64,000 nt of DNA from assembly GCA_010015805.1 (NCBI GenBank), contig ML978139.1, positions 62,001 through 126,000 of the forward strand, given 5' to 3'. Made by a program: the position numbers and the translations under genes. The DNA comes from Rhizodiscina lignyota. Lineage: Eukaryota. Positions 12,850 through 24,627 of this stretch are shown piece after piece. The notes beneath the pieces were generated by a model. That model made no database searches, had not been told where the DNA came from, and worked only from the letters and a program-made list of their open reading frames with translations. How positions within the stretch are numbered: the first letter of the stretch is position 1; each line of letters opens with the position of its first letter.

Positions 12850-15233
12850 ATGATGGATAACACAGACGTACCCGACCTTGTCGGTCGGCTTGGCCGTGAG
12901 GACGACTCTGGGCGCAAGATGGCCGCGTTCAAGCTGCAATCTGCGATCGCGGATCCGAGTTTTGCGGACGTGTTCGTTAGCGAAGGAGGGCTGCCGAAGC
13001 TCAGGGAACTGTGTCTGCACGCGAATGGGAACACGTTGGCATATGGGTTAACGAGCTTGAGCAAGTTGTTGGAGCTGGACATGGGATGGGATATTGTCTC
13101 CGGGGACTTGATTGAGAGGGTAGGTGTGGTGTGGTTCTTCCAAGATTCGAGATTCGTTGGAGTGAGCATTGGCTGGTGAAAGAATGCTAATACATAAGTT
13201 GCAGGCAGTGCAATTGGTTGTCACTCAACCACTTGTGAATATCCTCAGAGGCGCAATGTCGATTCTCGTCGCCGTAGTATCCTATCCACATTCACATCAG
13301 AATGTCGAGCGATCGGAAAAGGATGGCACAGACTCGTTCGGCTTCAAAGCCCTCAAGCCTTCAATAGCGATATACCCTCAATTTCTAGAGATGCTCGTCT
13401 CACGCCTCTCATCCGGCGACCACATTCTCGGTGCGAACGCGCTACAATTAGTCAATGCGCTCATGCGCGATGCTCTAGTAAACGACACGGACGCAGAGTG
13501 GTCGAGATTCATCAAGAAGCTGCAGGATCTGGGAGTGATCAAGGCTGTCTATGTGCTCATGCAGAGCACTGCGCTGACAGACCTTGCACACCCGCTCTTA
13601 GACTTCCAGCAGCTGACGAAGTTGATGTTGAAGAAGTGGCGAGACGTCCGAATTGACATGGAGAAGCCGGAGCATAGGCGAGCTCTTAAGGCGCTGGATT
13701 CGGCAAGCTATCCTGAGCGACTGACCAAGGAGAATAATGCAAGCGGGAGCAAGAGAAACCATCCTGAGAAGTGGAGGAGACTAGGATTTGAGACGGAAAG
13801 CCCGGCATGGGAGTTTGACCAAGTCGGCTTCTTGGGCATGATGGACGTCACAGACTTTGTGAGGAAGGACCAGGACCAGTATCAGAAGCTACTCCTGGAG
13901 CAGAGCAATATGCCATCTGAGCAGCGGTGTCCGATTGCACGAGCGAGTCTAAGCGTCACGGCCATTTTATACGAGCACTTTGAAGTCGACAAGGCGGCAG
14001 AGGAAGATCGAGGGCAGTATGCCAACGCACTGGAATCGAGATCAGGATTCGACAAGGCATTTAGACCACTCTTATTGCATTGGTCCAGACTGCACACGGC
14101 TGGCTTGAATGGTTTCCTGAGGCTATGGAAGGCGACGGGAGCAGAAGTAGAGGACTTTGAAAAGGTGGAAGATTTGGTGAGGATACTAGTTGAGCAAGTT
14201 GTCGGACAGGCACCCAGGATAAAAGATATGCAAGAGGTTGAAGATGAACTGCAGGATTTTGACTATCAGAAGTTGAGAGAGCTTCAGATGGAGTTGTTAG
14301 AGCTGACATTTGAGGATGCTTGGGGTCATCACTTACGGTAAGATTTGACTTTCCACAATGTGATATCAACGAGGCTAACTTGCTTACAGTCAGGTACGAG
14401 ACGAGCTCAACCACGAAGCGCTACAATTCATCAAGGAGCAGCGCATCCGGTGTCTTCTGCAGGGCGACTGGTTCCCACACATCCTAGGTTACGCCACGGA
14501 CACTGGACCAGTCACAAAGCAAACGCTTGCGCGTAATGTACCATCAGGATGGCGCTATGTCCGTCTGTCCCACAACAGACGCTACCTTCACTACGCCGAC
14601 TTCAACGAGAAGACGGCAGATGCGCCTTCACTCGATGCTCTGAACGAAAAGATCGATCTCTCGATTGTCTCCTCTGTAGACTCGAAAGTCTCCACTTCTC
14701 GTCCTTCAACGCCTAACACATCTTCTACAATCACTGGAGGAAACCATGCGCTTCTCAATGGCACCAGTTCATCGACTCCTAACGGCCATACTCCAGAACC
14801 CGGATCGAAACACACCGCTTCCGCTTCTGCTTCCACGACACTTACGATCCATGGATACCTACCTACCTCATCACCTCCACGATCAAGACATGGGCATAAC
14901 AAATCCGGCAGTCAGGGCCAGCAAACGAAGGAGTCTGTACTATTGACGCTACACCCTCAGAGCCATACATTAGCGAGCGAGTGGCTTGACGGGCTGCTTA
15001 TGCTGTTGAATCAACAACCTATCACGGCAGATACGAACAAACTCGTGCGCCTAATCGGCGGATACGGACTCAGAATCCGACTCCTGAATGTTCGATTCGA
15101 AGATGTCGGGCTTGGGCTGGGAGAGAATTCTGGCAAGGCGTTGGCGAACGGACTTGGCGAGAACGGGGAGATGAAGATGCCAGGTAGGGAGGGGCTGGAT
15201 GAGGAGTACTATTATGAGATTGCTGGCATGTAG
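12850..15233 (+). CDS. ELMO/CED-12 family protein with C-terminal PH-like domain
   Basis: KWRRLGFETESP, GFLGMMD and CPIARASL ELMO-domain motifs. Introns 13120-13204 and 14338-14389. Exon 3 reads open from QVRDELNHEALQFIKEQRIRCLLQGDWF through RLSHNRRYLHY to EWLDGLLMLL. Confidence 0.9.
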
Positions 15234-15650
15234 GAACGGTACGGTTGCATGACTTGTACGTACGGGGATTCTCGGATCATGCCTTTCCGGATATGTCCAG
15301 CATTTTGGTTCGAGCTTTTGAAAGTACGATCAAGATACCCAGTAGAGCGGGTTGGCGCTCTGTATGTATATTTGCTGTAATTGAAAGATGATTTTTTTTT
15401 CATCCTCGAGTGCTCTGCAGATTTCCGTGCTCGGCTGACGATATGGTTCTCGGACTAAATTGAGTGGCTGGCTAACGATATCGCAGCCACTGAACGGTGA
15501 TTTTAAATAGACAATAGATCAGTGCTGCTACTGCTTGATCACATCTGCTAGTCGGGGATATCTATTCTAATATTAACATTCTATATTGTCACCGTATTTG
15601 ACGGTAAGAATGTTCTTATAGTGTTTAATTACTATTATACTCTATATTAC

Positions 15651-15724
15651 AAACACACTTTGAGTTTGATCATATTATAAACATATTTTGTGTTTGAGAT
15701 ACTGCTATAAACACACTTTGTGCT
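15651..15724. repeat. Degenerate 28-30 bp tandem repeat (3 units) in an AT-rich tract
   Basis: Units start at 15651 (aaacacactttgagtttga), 15679 (aaacatattttgtgtttga) and 15709 (aaacacactttgtgct). Confidence 0.6.
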
Positions 15725-15730
15725 AACAGT

Positions 15731-15736
15731 TATATT
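15731..15736 (+). promoter_or_regulatory. TATA-like element at -29 of the 5S rRNA gene
   Basis: TATATT begins 29 nt upstream of the 5S start, the position described for the upstream TATA element of dispersed Neurospora 5S genes. The region is AT-rich, so chance is possible. Confidence 0.45.
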
Positions 15737-15759
15737 GAATATTTAAACAGTGTTCTGTC

Positions 15760-15878
15760 ACATACGACCATAGCTCGTGGAAAATAGGGCCTCTCGTCCG
15801 ATCGACCTTACTCAAGCCACGAAGCGGGAAGTTAGTACTACGGTGGGTGACCACGTGGGAATCCCTCCTGTTGTATGT
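15760..15878 (+). rRNA. 5S rRNA gene (dispersed copy)
   Basis: 119 nt, ACATACGACCATA...TGTTGTATGT with complementary ends. Internal GTGGAAAA, CGTCCGATC, AAGCCAC, TTAGTA and GGGTGACC...GAATC hallmarks. Followed by a T-run. Confidence 0.96.
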
Positions 15879-15886
15879 TTTTTTTT
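15878..15886 (+). terminator. RNA polymerase III oligo(dT) terminator
   Basis: Run of 9 T at the 5S 3' end; second T-run at about 15894-15900. Confidence 0.85.
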
Positions 15887-16208
15887 GGCTTCATTTTTTT
15901 CCCCTTCAGCTTTTCTTATACATATCTTTCATTTGTCGGGGGACTTCTCATTGTTTGTTGATCATGAGCGCTAAGGAGGGGTGGAGTGGTTTGGAGGGGC
16001 CGGAGATCATCTAAGCTAGGGGCCAGATGCCACCTAGCTTTGGGTGGGGTCCGCACAGAATTTGGTTGAGGAAAGAAAACTTCCTGAGGCTTTTTTCTTA
16101 ACCACATGAAGGTAAATCAGTCATGAACAGTACAATAGACGATATAGAGTGCATTCAGGCTTTATTGCTGTTTCTCGCCCATCGTAAGCCCTCTCGCTAT
16201 TTCTTTCA

Positions 16209-17446
16209 TCATTCGTCTGCTAAAACAGCTTCGATGACACTCTCACTTGCGGGATCCTTCTGCCAAATTCCATTCAACTTCAGTCCCGCTGCTGCTAAAA
16301 GCTCTCGCCATTGGTCTTCAGTTCGTTCACGGGCTACAAGCATGCCCATCATTGTCCAATCCAGGCTTGTTTGCTGCCAAGGGGCACCCTCGTCGAACAA
16401 GACGTTCTCGTTGATGAGGATCTTGCTGTACCCAGGGGTCATAGCATCACGAAGGTGTGATAAAATGGCATTGCACTGACTGTCTGGCCAGTCATGAAGT
16501 ACAAGCCGCAAGAAATATGCTCGTGCACCACGGTATTCCATCGGCTGGGGCGAGAAGAAGTCGTGCGGAACAGGCTTTATTGCTGGGGGTAGACTCGAGG
16601 ACGAGCTCTTGGCCTCGTCTATCACTTTAGGAGTATCCTCGAGCACCAGCTGGCCGGGAATATTGGGAAACTTGCTATGAAACGCAGTAATATCATGGCC
16701 GAGTCCGCCACCGACATCAACGAGGAGGGGTCCTTGTCCAGATCCGCTCCCGAGGCGCTCCTCACACGGATAGTAGTCAACCCAGCGTGGGCGCGCTTTG
16801 GCATATCCTTGCATGAAGTTGTTGAACGCGGTCCCCAGGCGGGTATTCGACTGGAGTACAGCAAAGAACGGCCTATCAGTCCTCAAACCATACTGGACAG
16901 GGCCATCATTCGAATCGGTTGGGACTTGATAGTTCGTTTTTGCGAGAAATTCAGGAAGGCCGTGGAATGTTGGAATCATTCCCTCGAAGCTGTATATCAA
17001 CCCTCCTCTAATCGTAGGGTCGTTTGAGGCCATGGAAAAAGGTGACCCGCAGTACTGGTCCCGCCCAATCTCTTTCACGATGCCGTAAGAGGCCAGATGC
17101 TTCATTACCCTAGCTTTATAATATATCTTAAGCTGCAGTCTTCATTTCAAGGGTCGAAGTACATACCAACCAATTGGGGATCTGCTTTGGTGCCTTCTGC
17201 CAATTGAGCACTACTCATCGGTTCTTCACCCAGTTTCGTGAGTATGCCCAAGTCAAAAGCAGTTCTGAGAGCAGCTGTTCGACTTGGCTCGCCCCAACCA
17301 ATCCGTGCCAATTTCTCAGGAGGAATCTCTAGCTCTTCAATGAGCGAGCTGGCTGCAGCAATGATCTTCTGCCTCGCAGTCTGGTCATTCGAGTCGCGCA
17401 GGAGTTGGCCATTTTTGACAATTTCGTCGATCAATGCAGCCGCCAT
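16209..17446 (-). CDS. SAM-dependent O-methyltransferase (Methyltransf_2, secondary-metabolism type)
   Basis: LVDVGGGLGHD SAM-binding motif, HDFFSPQP, AYFLRLVLHDWPD, PGYSKILINE and ERTEDQW. One intron at about 17114-17166 joins the N-terminal wHTH/dimerisation exon. Confidence 0.92.
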
Positions 17447-19490
17447 TGCAATTGATTAATACGGGAATGATTGAATAGAGAAAGCTAGAGATTATGGATT
17501 TAAGCGACTTGGGGGCCTGGCCGTGAAATATATGAAAGTTGTTACCCATCCCTGCTGGGATTCCATTCCTAAATGTTGTCTGTACGGCGAATGGAAATAG
17601 GTGCTGCGGTACACAACAACGGAAGCTGAGAGGGTGCTAGACCTCTTTTGGTGATGTGATGCTAATCCCTTTTCTGAGTTTCAAATCGATCAAAAGCCCG
17701 CTACTTTCGGATCTCCCAAGGATTTTTCCTCTTTTGCTTTTCATTATTTGAGTACAGCGACAGCTGCAGTTATACCAAGAAGCTAATTCCTAAGCCAGTG
17801 AACAAGGCTACCAAGTCTTAGGTAGGTTGGCCCAGCCGCCATTGCAGTATGTATGTGCTTACTCCCAGTTCTTCCGAACGCCTTCACTCCTTCATTTCTC
17901 AGCTACAACGGCGCATCTTGAAGCCGCAGGTACATATCTGAGCTCCGATCCTTAGGAGCTGAGACATCGAACTTTATACTTTTTGCTAAGGGCTATACGA
18001 TTCATGCACCTAGGAAGGTTCCGGAAAACTTAGTATCACTCCGTATTACTCGAGAATATGCCACGAGAAGCTCGATTCTCTTTCAGCACTTGGTAAGTTG
18101 GCCGTGCTATTAGTCTCTACATCTTTTTGGATTTGATGCAGGGATTTATCCAGATATGCTCTTAATTGCATATCGTACTGCCATTAGCTGAGTACGCCAA
18201 TCTCATAATTTCGTTCTACGCTGCACATTTATTCCAACATCACCTTCAAATATCATGTCCAACAAGATCTCATCTCTTCTTGTTCATTCAGTCAACAGTG
18301 GGATTCAATATGGAGAGTTACCATGTATGAAAAAGCATTTGTTACGATGCAAACCCCGTCCACAAAAGCTATGGAAATGGTGGCATCGAAAGGTGTTGGG
18401 ATCTGAGCCCTTGGACTCCCTCCCAGCTTTATCCGTCTTCTGATGGAACTGTAACAAGGTATGTTCTCGACGACCTCCTTTCGTGAGAGACATTCCGATC
18501 ACTGAAACAGAACTTGAAGTCACTGCCTCTCAATACTAACTCAGTGGTATCTTATCTGGCGACTCGATTATCACATCCTCTAAAGTGTTCTAGCAGTCAT
18601 ACTCTATTCCTAATCACAGCAGATCCTGGAGTAGCTTAAGAGCCCTAGCTTATGTGAGTATCAAGGCCAGTGCCGTAAGGATTCTGAATTGGAACTAACC
18701 GCCGTCCTCTGCAGTTCTAGCAATGCGGCATGCTCTGGATCAACCGTCAGAGGCGTTCGCTAGCACTAGCGCCCTTTCCATGTGTATGCAAATCCCCCTC
18801 CACACAGATTAACATCCATGATCTGTCATCGACCATTCCGAAATGCCTGAGCCTTCCTCCAATGCGGCCAATCAGAACTCGAGACCTGACGCCAATGAAC
18901 GCTGGCTCGAAGCAAGCGCTGTGGTGTGTCCAACATCTTCATCGGCCATCTCTTCAGAAATCTCCCTCATGATCAAGTCAGTAGCGATGCTTAAAAACCA
19001 TGAGGTCCGGCAGAGGCGGAAGCAATCACACTAGTTGCGAAATCAGCATGACTCCGTATATGGCACGAGCCCGGTGGCCGAAAGTCAAGCCGTGTAGAGT
19101 TGAACTGTTCGTAAGTCCGCGCCAGCGATATGAATGGACCCCAGTCACAATTGAACGCAAGCTCCCCGCGCACGCGAACCCAAGTTGTGGTACATATGTA
19201 CCATACAAAGTACCGGCTCCTTTGAAGAAAGCTGAAGCCCGTAATCTTGAATTCTTCAGACCCGCGCAAGCTACATAATCTGAAGCAGGTCTTCGTGCCC
19301 GCGCCCTCGATCAGCTCTGCGTCTATCCGCTGCAATGGCGATGTCTTGAGGAATTGTAGGCGCTATGCTGTAATCGCAGTATCACCAGATCTATGTCAGT
19401 AATGATAACCGAGTATATGTATATACAACGCCACATTGGGTATGGCGCAACAACTCCCAAAGAAGTCACAATGCAGGATTAAATATTAGC

Positions 19491-22400
19491 TCATGCTCTG
19501 ACTCGGGCCAGTTCCTCTTTCGCCTCACCCATGCCGCCCACAGGAGTGAAGCCCCAACCGCCCTTCTTCCTCCTGCCTCTGCGATCGCCATATTGCTCAT
19601 CAAACTTCTTGATAGCTACCAAGCTGCTCATGTCCTCACTGATGCTCGCGCTAATCTCCTGAATCGCTCTCTCGAAATGCCTCACTTCAAGCGTGCGTTT
19701 CTCTGGATGCTGGTACTCCTTGTTTCCCTTCTCGGATGCTCTGACAGCAGCTTCATTCTCCTCGCGTACGCAGGCAAGGGCAGTGGCCACACACAGGTTC
19801 TTGAGATCGGAGCCTGAATAGAATGGAGTACGAGTCGCGAGATCTGACAGGGAGACTTCTGGACTGAGGACTTCATCTTTGAGGTGGATGCCCAAGATTG
19901 CCTCACGGTCTTTGTCGGTAGGTAAATCGACCAATAGACGTCTCGGTAGCCTCCGCAATACTGCGTCATCGAGATCGAACGGTCGATTTGTTGCAACCAT
20001 GATGAAAACACTCATGTCGTTCATTCCATCCCACTCTCGTAGGAACTGGTTAATGATTTCTCGATGTACGGTTCGGTTCCCTGTGCCAGAGCGCATTCTG
20101 AAAAGTGCATCTGCTTCGTCGATGAACACCACACAAGGCGAGAGCTTCCTTGCCAGCGTGAATATCGCCTTGACATTCTTTTCGCCTTCTCCAACGTACA
20201 TATCGTTGACCTCACTAGCGCTGACTTCAAGCACCGTAGCTCCACTCTCACGAGCGACTGCTTTGGCGAGTAGCGTCTTGCCAGTCCCGGGAGGGCCGTA
20301 TAATAGCAGTCCAGGAATTTTGTCCGTTGCGAGGACACCGTACTTGAAAGCGTCAGGGCGTAACATGCTGAGTGACGTGAGAGTCTTCAAGCTTTCAATG
20401 CTCTCGGCCGGCGCGTGCACGTCCTGAAATGTTGTCTTAATATTCTGCCGATCAATCACACCAGAGAGAAGCCTTCTCTCATGATCGTTACAGTTAGCCC
20501 TGATGTTCTCGAGCCTTTGCTCAATATCGGAGCTACCAAAGGGATCCATTTCACGCTCAACTTGACGTTGCACTGCGCACCAGGCGAATTTGGCGGCGTC
20601 TGAGAGTCGTATGACCGTCATTGCGAGGTTGAGTTGGTGAGCAAGTGAGTCCACAGACGCTGATTTTGGTGGACGGAGGCCGAGTGCAGTCATGCAGATG
20701 CGGTGTGTCTCTTCATGTGTGAGAGGTCTACGGCCCAGCGCATTACGGTTCTCCTGATTCAAAATGGATTGGAGCTTGCTCTGACTGAGATTTGAAGCTA
20801 TATCTTGGAATGTTGGGTCGATCCGACGAATCATGTCTCGCAGGTAGCGGTGGTTGATCTCTTCGGTGCGTTCTCGACCTGCTTTCATCCAAGGATCTTC
20901 GTTTGCAATCTCATACCCGGGTTCATCAGGAGAGTCAGTGAAAGGCATGGCAGCTGCGGTTTGATATGCGGTATGGTACGTTTTTGAATATGACTCGGTT
21001 TCGGAAGGCGAGGCACCATAGGCGCTTGGGACTAGAATGGTTCTGAAAGGGCCTTCTTCATGTTCGGCTTGCAGTGTCCGAATTCCAGCAGTGGACAAAT
21101 CAGGTACCAGATCCGCTGCAGACGTAGCGCCAACAATCATGATGTTTTGGCCATCACTTCGCATCCACTTGACAATCGCAGCTAACCTGTGAAGGATTGC
21201 ACTGCCCATGCGAGAGTTCATAATTTCCTTGAAATCTTGAACGAGGATGATGGTCTTGCGATCTTTAAGGTCTGATACGAATGAGGCGGGCGCATCTCTA
21301 GCAGGCGATATTTTGAACTGTGCTTCGGCCACTTTAGACGATCCCGAGAAAATCGCTTGCACCATGTCCGATTCCTTAGATTCCGCAGGACAGCTGTCAG
21401 TGAAGAATTCGGCCTCTTGAGCCTTTGCTTTTCGGCTGCTCCGACTTTGAGATCTCCTCTTCTCTTCATTTGCTGAAGCAAGAGTTGCAAGCAAATAAGG
21501 TACCTTGACACCCGCGTCTTCACGGCGTGAGGATCTGAGCTCAGATCTATTGGAATGCCTCGGCCATCTCTCCTCTGCATCGGGATTTAATGTCTTGAGA
21601 AAGCCAACTATATCATTTAACTGTTTTCCGGCGCGGCGGAGTGGATTTCGACCCTTCCCATCCCCAAAAGTGATGATAGGTTGTGTCAAGGTCACTGCTT
21701 GGGGCGGAGGCGGATTGGAGTTAGGATGGCCATCATCCTCGGAATATTCATCGATGACTTCTTCGTTAAAGTCGTAGAGCGGGCTTTGATGTGTCTCAAA
21801 TCCAAGAGTTCGAATAGAGCGCAGTTCTGGCTCCGAGCCTTCTCCAAGATAATCGGCTCCAATTTCGGCGATATCTTGCGCGTTCACTTGAATCACGTCC
21901 GCGCCTACTGTTGAAGCAATTTCCTTGACCATGTCACCGAGAAAGACAATGCCACCATCAGTAGGAGAGTGTAGCACAATGTTGGATCTTGCTGCAGGAA
22001 ACAGCAAGGGGCCTTGCTGTGGTATTGAAAGGCTCGCAGCAATAGCAGCCTTGATTTCGGCTTGTATCCAAAAGTCGGGCGACCAACCAATATCAGTGTG
22101 TTTTGTCTCGTCAGACGAAGATTCCTCCGCGGTCGAATGGTCGGATTTTAACTTCCTATTGAGGTCATCAAAGGCTCGATGGGCATCTCCCTGTGTGCAC
22201 GGCACAGCAATGGTCGCCAAAATCTCTTTCTGCTCTTTGCTGTGGACATTGAGCGCACAGCTGTACGACGATCGTGGCTTCGAGTCTACCGACTCTTCCG
22301 CGAGCTTAACATTTTGCTTTAGAAACCACTTTGGTATGGAGGGCGGTGGTGTGCCATCTATGCGGGCTGCAATTCTTTGTCCCTTCTCCGATCGAGGCAA

Positions 22401-22715
22401 AAATGCTTCCAACACCCGCCTTGGACCGTCATCGCGACTACTTTGCGTGGGACCATCACTGCGACTACTCTGTGCTACCTCGGGGCTGTCCTTTGAGTTC
22501 TTCGAGTTCTTGACGTTGTCGTCCGGACGTTTGTCTGCTTCATTTTGTTCTGCCTGGTCGAGCGTCGACTCTGCTGGCTCGAATGGCCCGCCTGGCCGTC
22601 TAGGGAAGAAAGAGGAAGCTCGAGAGTGGAAGCGGCGGGCGTAACGGCGGCCTGCAATGACTTGTGCGGGTGTCTTGGTGGCCGATAGAAGCGTCCGCGA
22701 TGCAATTGCATGCAT
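19491..22715 (-). CDS. Large Msp1/spastin-type AAA+ ATPase, probably mitochondrial
   Basis: Walker A GPPGTGKT, Walker B VVFIDEAD, FLREWDG and SRH ATNRPFDLDDAVLRRLPRR. Arg/Ser-rich presequence-like N-terminus from ATG 22715 (MHAIASRTLL...RRYARRFHSRASS). Intronless. Confidence 0.88.
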   Translation of the reverse strand: MHAIASRTLLSATKTPAQVIAGRRYARRFHSRASSFFPRRPGGPFEPAESTLDQAEQNEADKRPDDNVKNSKNSKDSPEVAQSSRSDGPTQSSRDDGPRRVLEAFLPRSEKGQRIAARIDGTPPPSIPKWFLKQNVKLAEESVDSKPRSSYSCALNVHSKEQKEILATIAVPCTQGDAHRAFDDLNRKLKSDHSTAEESSSDETKHTDIGWSPDFWIQAEIKAAIAASLSIPQQGPLLFPAARSNIVLHSPTDGGIVFLGDMVKEIASTVGADVIQVNAQDIAEIGADYLGEGSEPELRSIRTLGFETHQSPLYDFNEEVIDEYSEDDGHPNSNPPPPQAVTLTQPIITFGDGKGRNPLRRAGKQLNDIVGFLKTLNPDAEERWPRHSNRSELRSSRREDAGVKVPYLLATLASANEEKRRSQSRSSRKAKAQEAEFFTDSCPAESKESDMVQAIFSGSSKVAEAQFKISPARDAPASFVSDLKDRKTIILVQDFKEIMNSRMGSAILHRLAAIVKWMRSDGQNIMIVGATSAADLVPDLSTAGIRTLQAEHEEGPFRTILVPSAYGASPSETESYSKTYHTAYQTAAAMPFTDSPDEPGYEIANEDPWMKAGRERTEEINHRYLRDMIRRIDPTFQDIASNLSQSKLQSILNQENRNALGRRPLTHEETHRICMTALGLRPPKSASVDSLAHQLNLAMTVIRLSDAAKFAWCAVQRQVEREMDPFGSSDIEQRLENIRANCNDHERRLLSGVIDRQNIKTTFQDVHAPAESIESLKTLTSLSMLRPDAFKYGVLATDKIPGLLLYGPPGTGKTLLAKAVARESGATVLEVSASEVNDMYVGEGEKNVKAIFTLARKLSPCVVFIDEADALFRMRSGTGNRTVHREIINQFLREWDGMNDMSVFIMVATNRPFDLDDAVLRRLPRRLLVDLPTDKDREAILGIHLKDEVLSPEVSLSDLATRTPFYSGSDLKNLCVATALACVREENEAAVRASEKGNKEYQHPEKRTLEVRHFERAIQEISASISEDMSSLVAIKKFDEQYGDRRGRRKKGGWGFTPVGGMGEAKEELARVRA

Positions 22716-22976
22716 ACGGCAGGCTTGGAGCTCAAAAGAGCTTCCAGAAAGGTATAGAATGAGGGGATGAGAGACGTGGAGGTTGGACAAAAGCTCGTTC
22801 AAGAAGCTGCACAGGCCCTCGAGGTTCCGTCCACAAGGGTCTTCACCTTAATCAGCAACATTTTGCACTACACTGACGTCGGACCGCATTTGAAGCTCAC
22901 AAGCCACCCTTTAAATCTATTCAACCAAAACGATATAAAATATCTTGCCACCAGTTCGTCGCATACCTTGCCGGCC

Positions 22977-23926
22977 ATGGCAGACTCGTCGCCGGCATCA
23001 TCAGATGTGCCCGACAATGAAACACCCACTCAAAAGCAGGCTCGCCTTCGACGGGAGCGCCGCAATGCCAAAATCCAAGGCGGAGGAGTTGATCGCTTGG
23101 GAAAGATCATGAACGTTAGTGGTAGAACGGCGCCTCCTGTTGCAGATAGTCGTATGTCTAAATCGCTAGGTATTCATTTTCATGTGCTAATTACCTGACA
23201 GCTTCGCAAAGTCCAAAACCTTCCGCAACACCTTCTGGCGCACCTCCTCCCAGCGCTCCCCAACTAGCGGGACAAGCTCCGCGGCAGCCAATGCCAATGC
23301 AAATGCAGGACTTTGACCCGGACATGTCTGATCCGTTCAACACCCCAGGTGCTGCCGGCGCCGACCCAATGATGCGAATGATGCAGCAGATGATGGCACA
23401 AGCGAATGGACAGCAGCAGCCGCAAGGCGCACCAGGAGCCATGGATGAGGACCCAATGTTCAAGCTGATGCAGCAAATGATGGGCGGTGAAAAGGCCCAA
23501 GAAGAGCAGCAACCGCAACCGACATCGTCTGGATACGTCTGGCGAATTGTGCATGCTGTATTCTCGATTCTACTTGCGCTATATGTTGGTATATCGACAG
23601 CATTCACCGGTTCCGAGCTGGCACGTACGCAATCTCAAGGCCTTGGCGCCGAATACGTAGATACGAGGGGACTTGCACATAAATTGTTCTACCTGTTTGC
23701 GACAGCAGAGCTCGTCCTACAAAGCAGTCGATATTTCTTGGAGAAGGGGAGGCTGCAGAGTTCTGGCATAATGGGAACGTTGGGGCAGTTCCTCCCCGAG
23801 CCATTTGCTGGCTATGTGAGGATAGCCGGGAGGTACAGCATCATCTACACCACGATCGTTGCAGACGCAATGGTCATCGTCTTCGTGCTGGGAGCTCTAG
23901 CATGGTGGAATGGCACAGGGTCCTGA
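22977..23926 (+). CDS. GET2: GET complex subunit Get2 (ER tail-anchored protein insertase/receptor)
   Basis: N-terminal QARLRRERRNAKIQGGGVDRLGKI Get3-binding motif; intron 23152-23201; three C-terminal hydrophobic segments. Confidence 0.85.
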
Positions 23927-24627
23927 ATAGGGTTAGGAGCGAAATCAAGTTGTTCCATATGCGACCAGTTCGAGCCGAAGCAAATGATACGCTATCAAGA
24001 CTGCCTTTCTGAGTAGATCATGACCGTCTAGATTCGGAAAGCTTGTTTATATTGAAACCCTTCCATCCCTGCTTTCGCATAGCGTCGCCATGTACATCCC
24101 CTAACGTGGATCACATGCCAATTGCCGGCCACCTCGCACCAAGGCAAACTGCATATCGGCAGAGGATTTGCACAGAGATGGTGACTCGTTAGCTGGCCTC
24201 GTCTCTGCGCAAGCTCCACATGCCGCGAGCAGCCTTAACGGAGAATTCATTCTTTGCATTGGGGCGAGAAGCCTAAGTGCGCCGCGAGGAGTTGGGCGAT
24301 GGACGGGCAGTGTGGCTTGCCCGACCCATGCTCTCGCCATAGCCTCTAGCTAGCCATCCAGGCACACGAGATCGGAGAACCTGACGCAGGGGCTCCCCGA
24401 ATGTGCCTTCGGAGAGCGACGTGCAGAATCGCGCTGGACCTCTCCATCGCTGTCAATCCCGCTGCGCTCGCTCTGCTATGACGACCAAGGCGCGTCTGGC
24501 GTCTTGAACTGCTCGAACTGCGCTCAATTGCCGTCACCGCTCATGTCTTGCTTCTTCATCACTTGGCCGGGATAGCAACTACACGCGACTCGCCTAAAGG
24601 GCCTCCCACCTCCGAAACTCCAGGAGC

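Noticed and set aside
21925..22644. Long antisense ORFs (also 39454-40275, 37522-38181, 49574-50254, 43172-43813)
   Set aside because: Shadow frames opposite well-supported genes, with no independent motifs.
23360..23490. Repeated DPMxxxMQQMM units in Get2
   Set aside because: Met/Gln-rich linker repeats appear ordinary for filamentous-fungal Get2 and are not a DNA-level repeat element.
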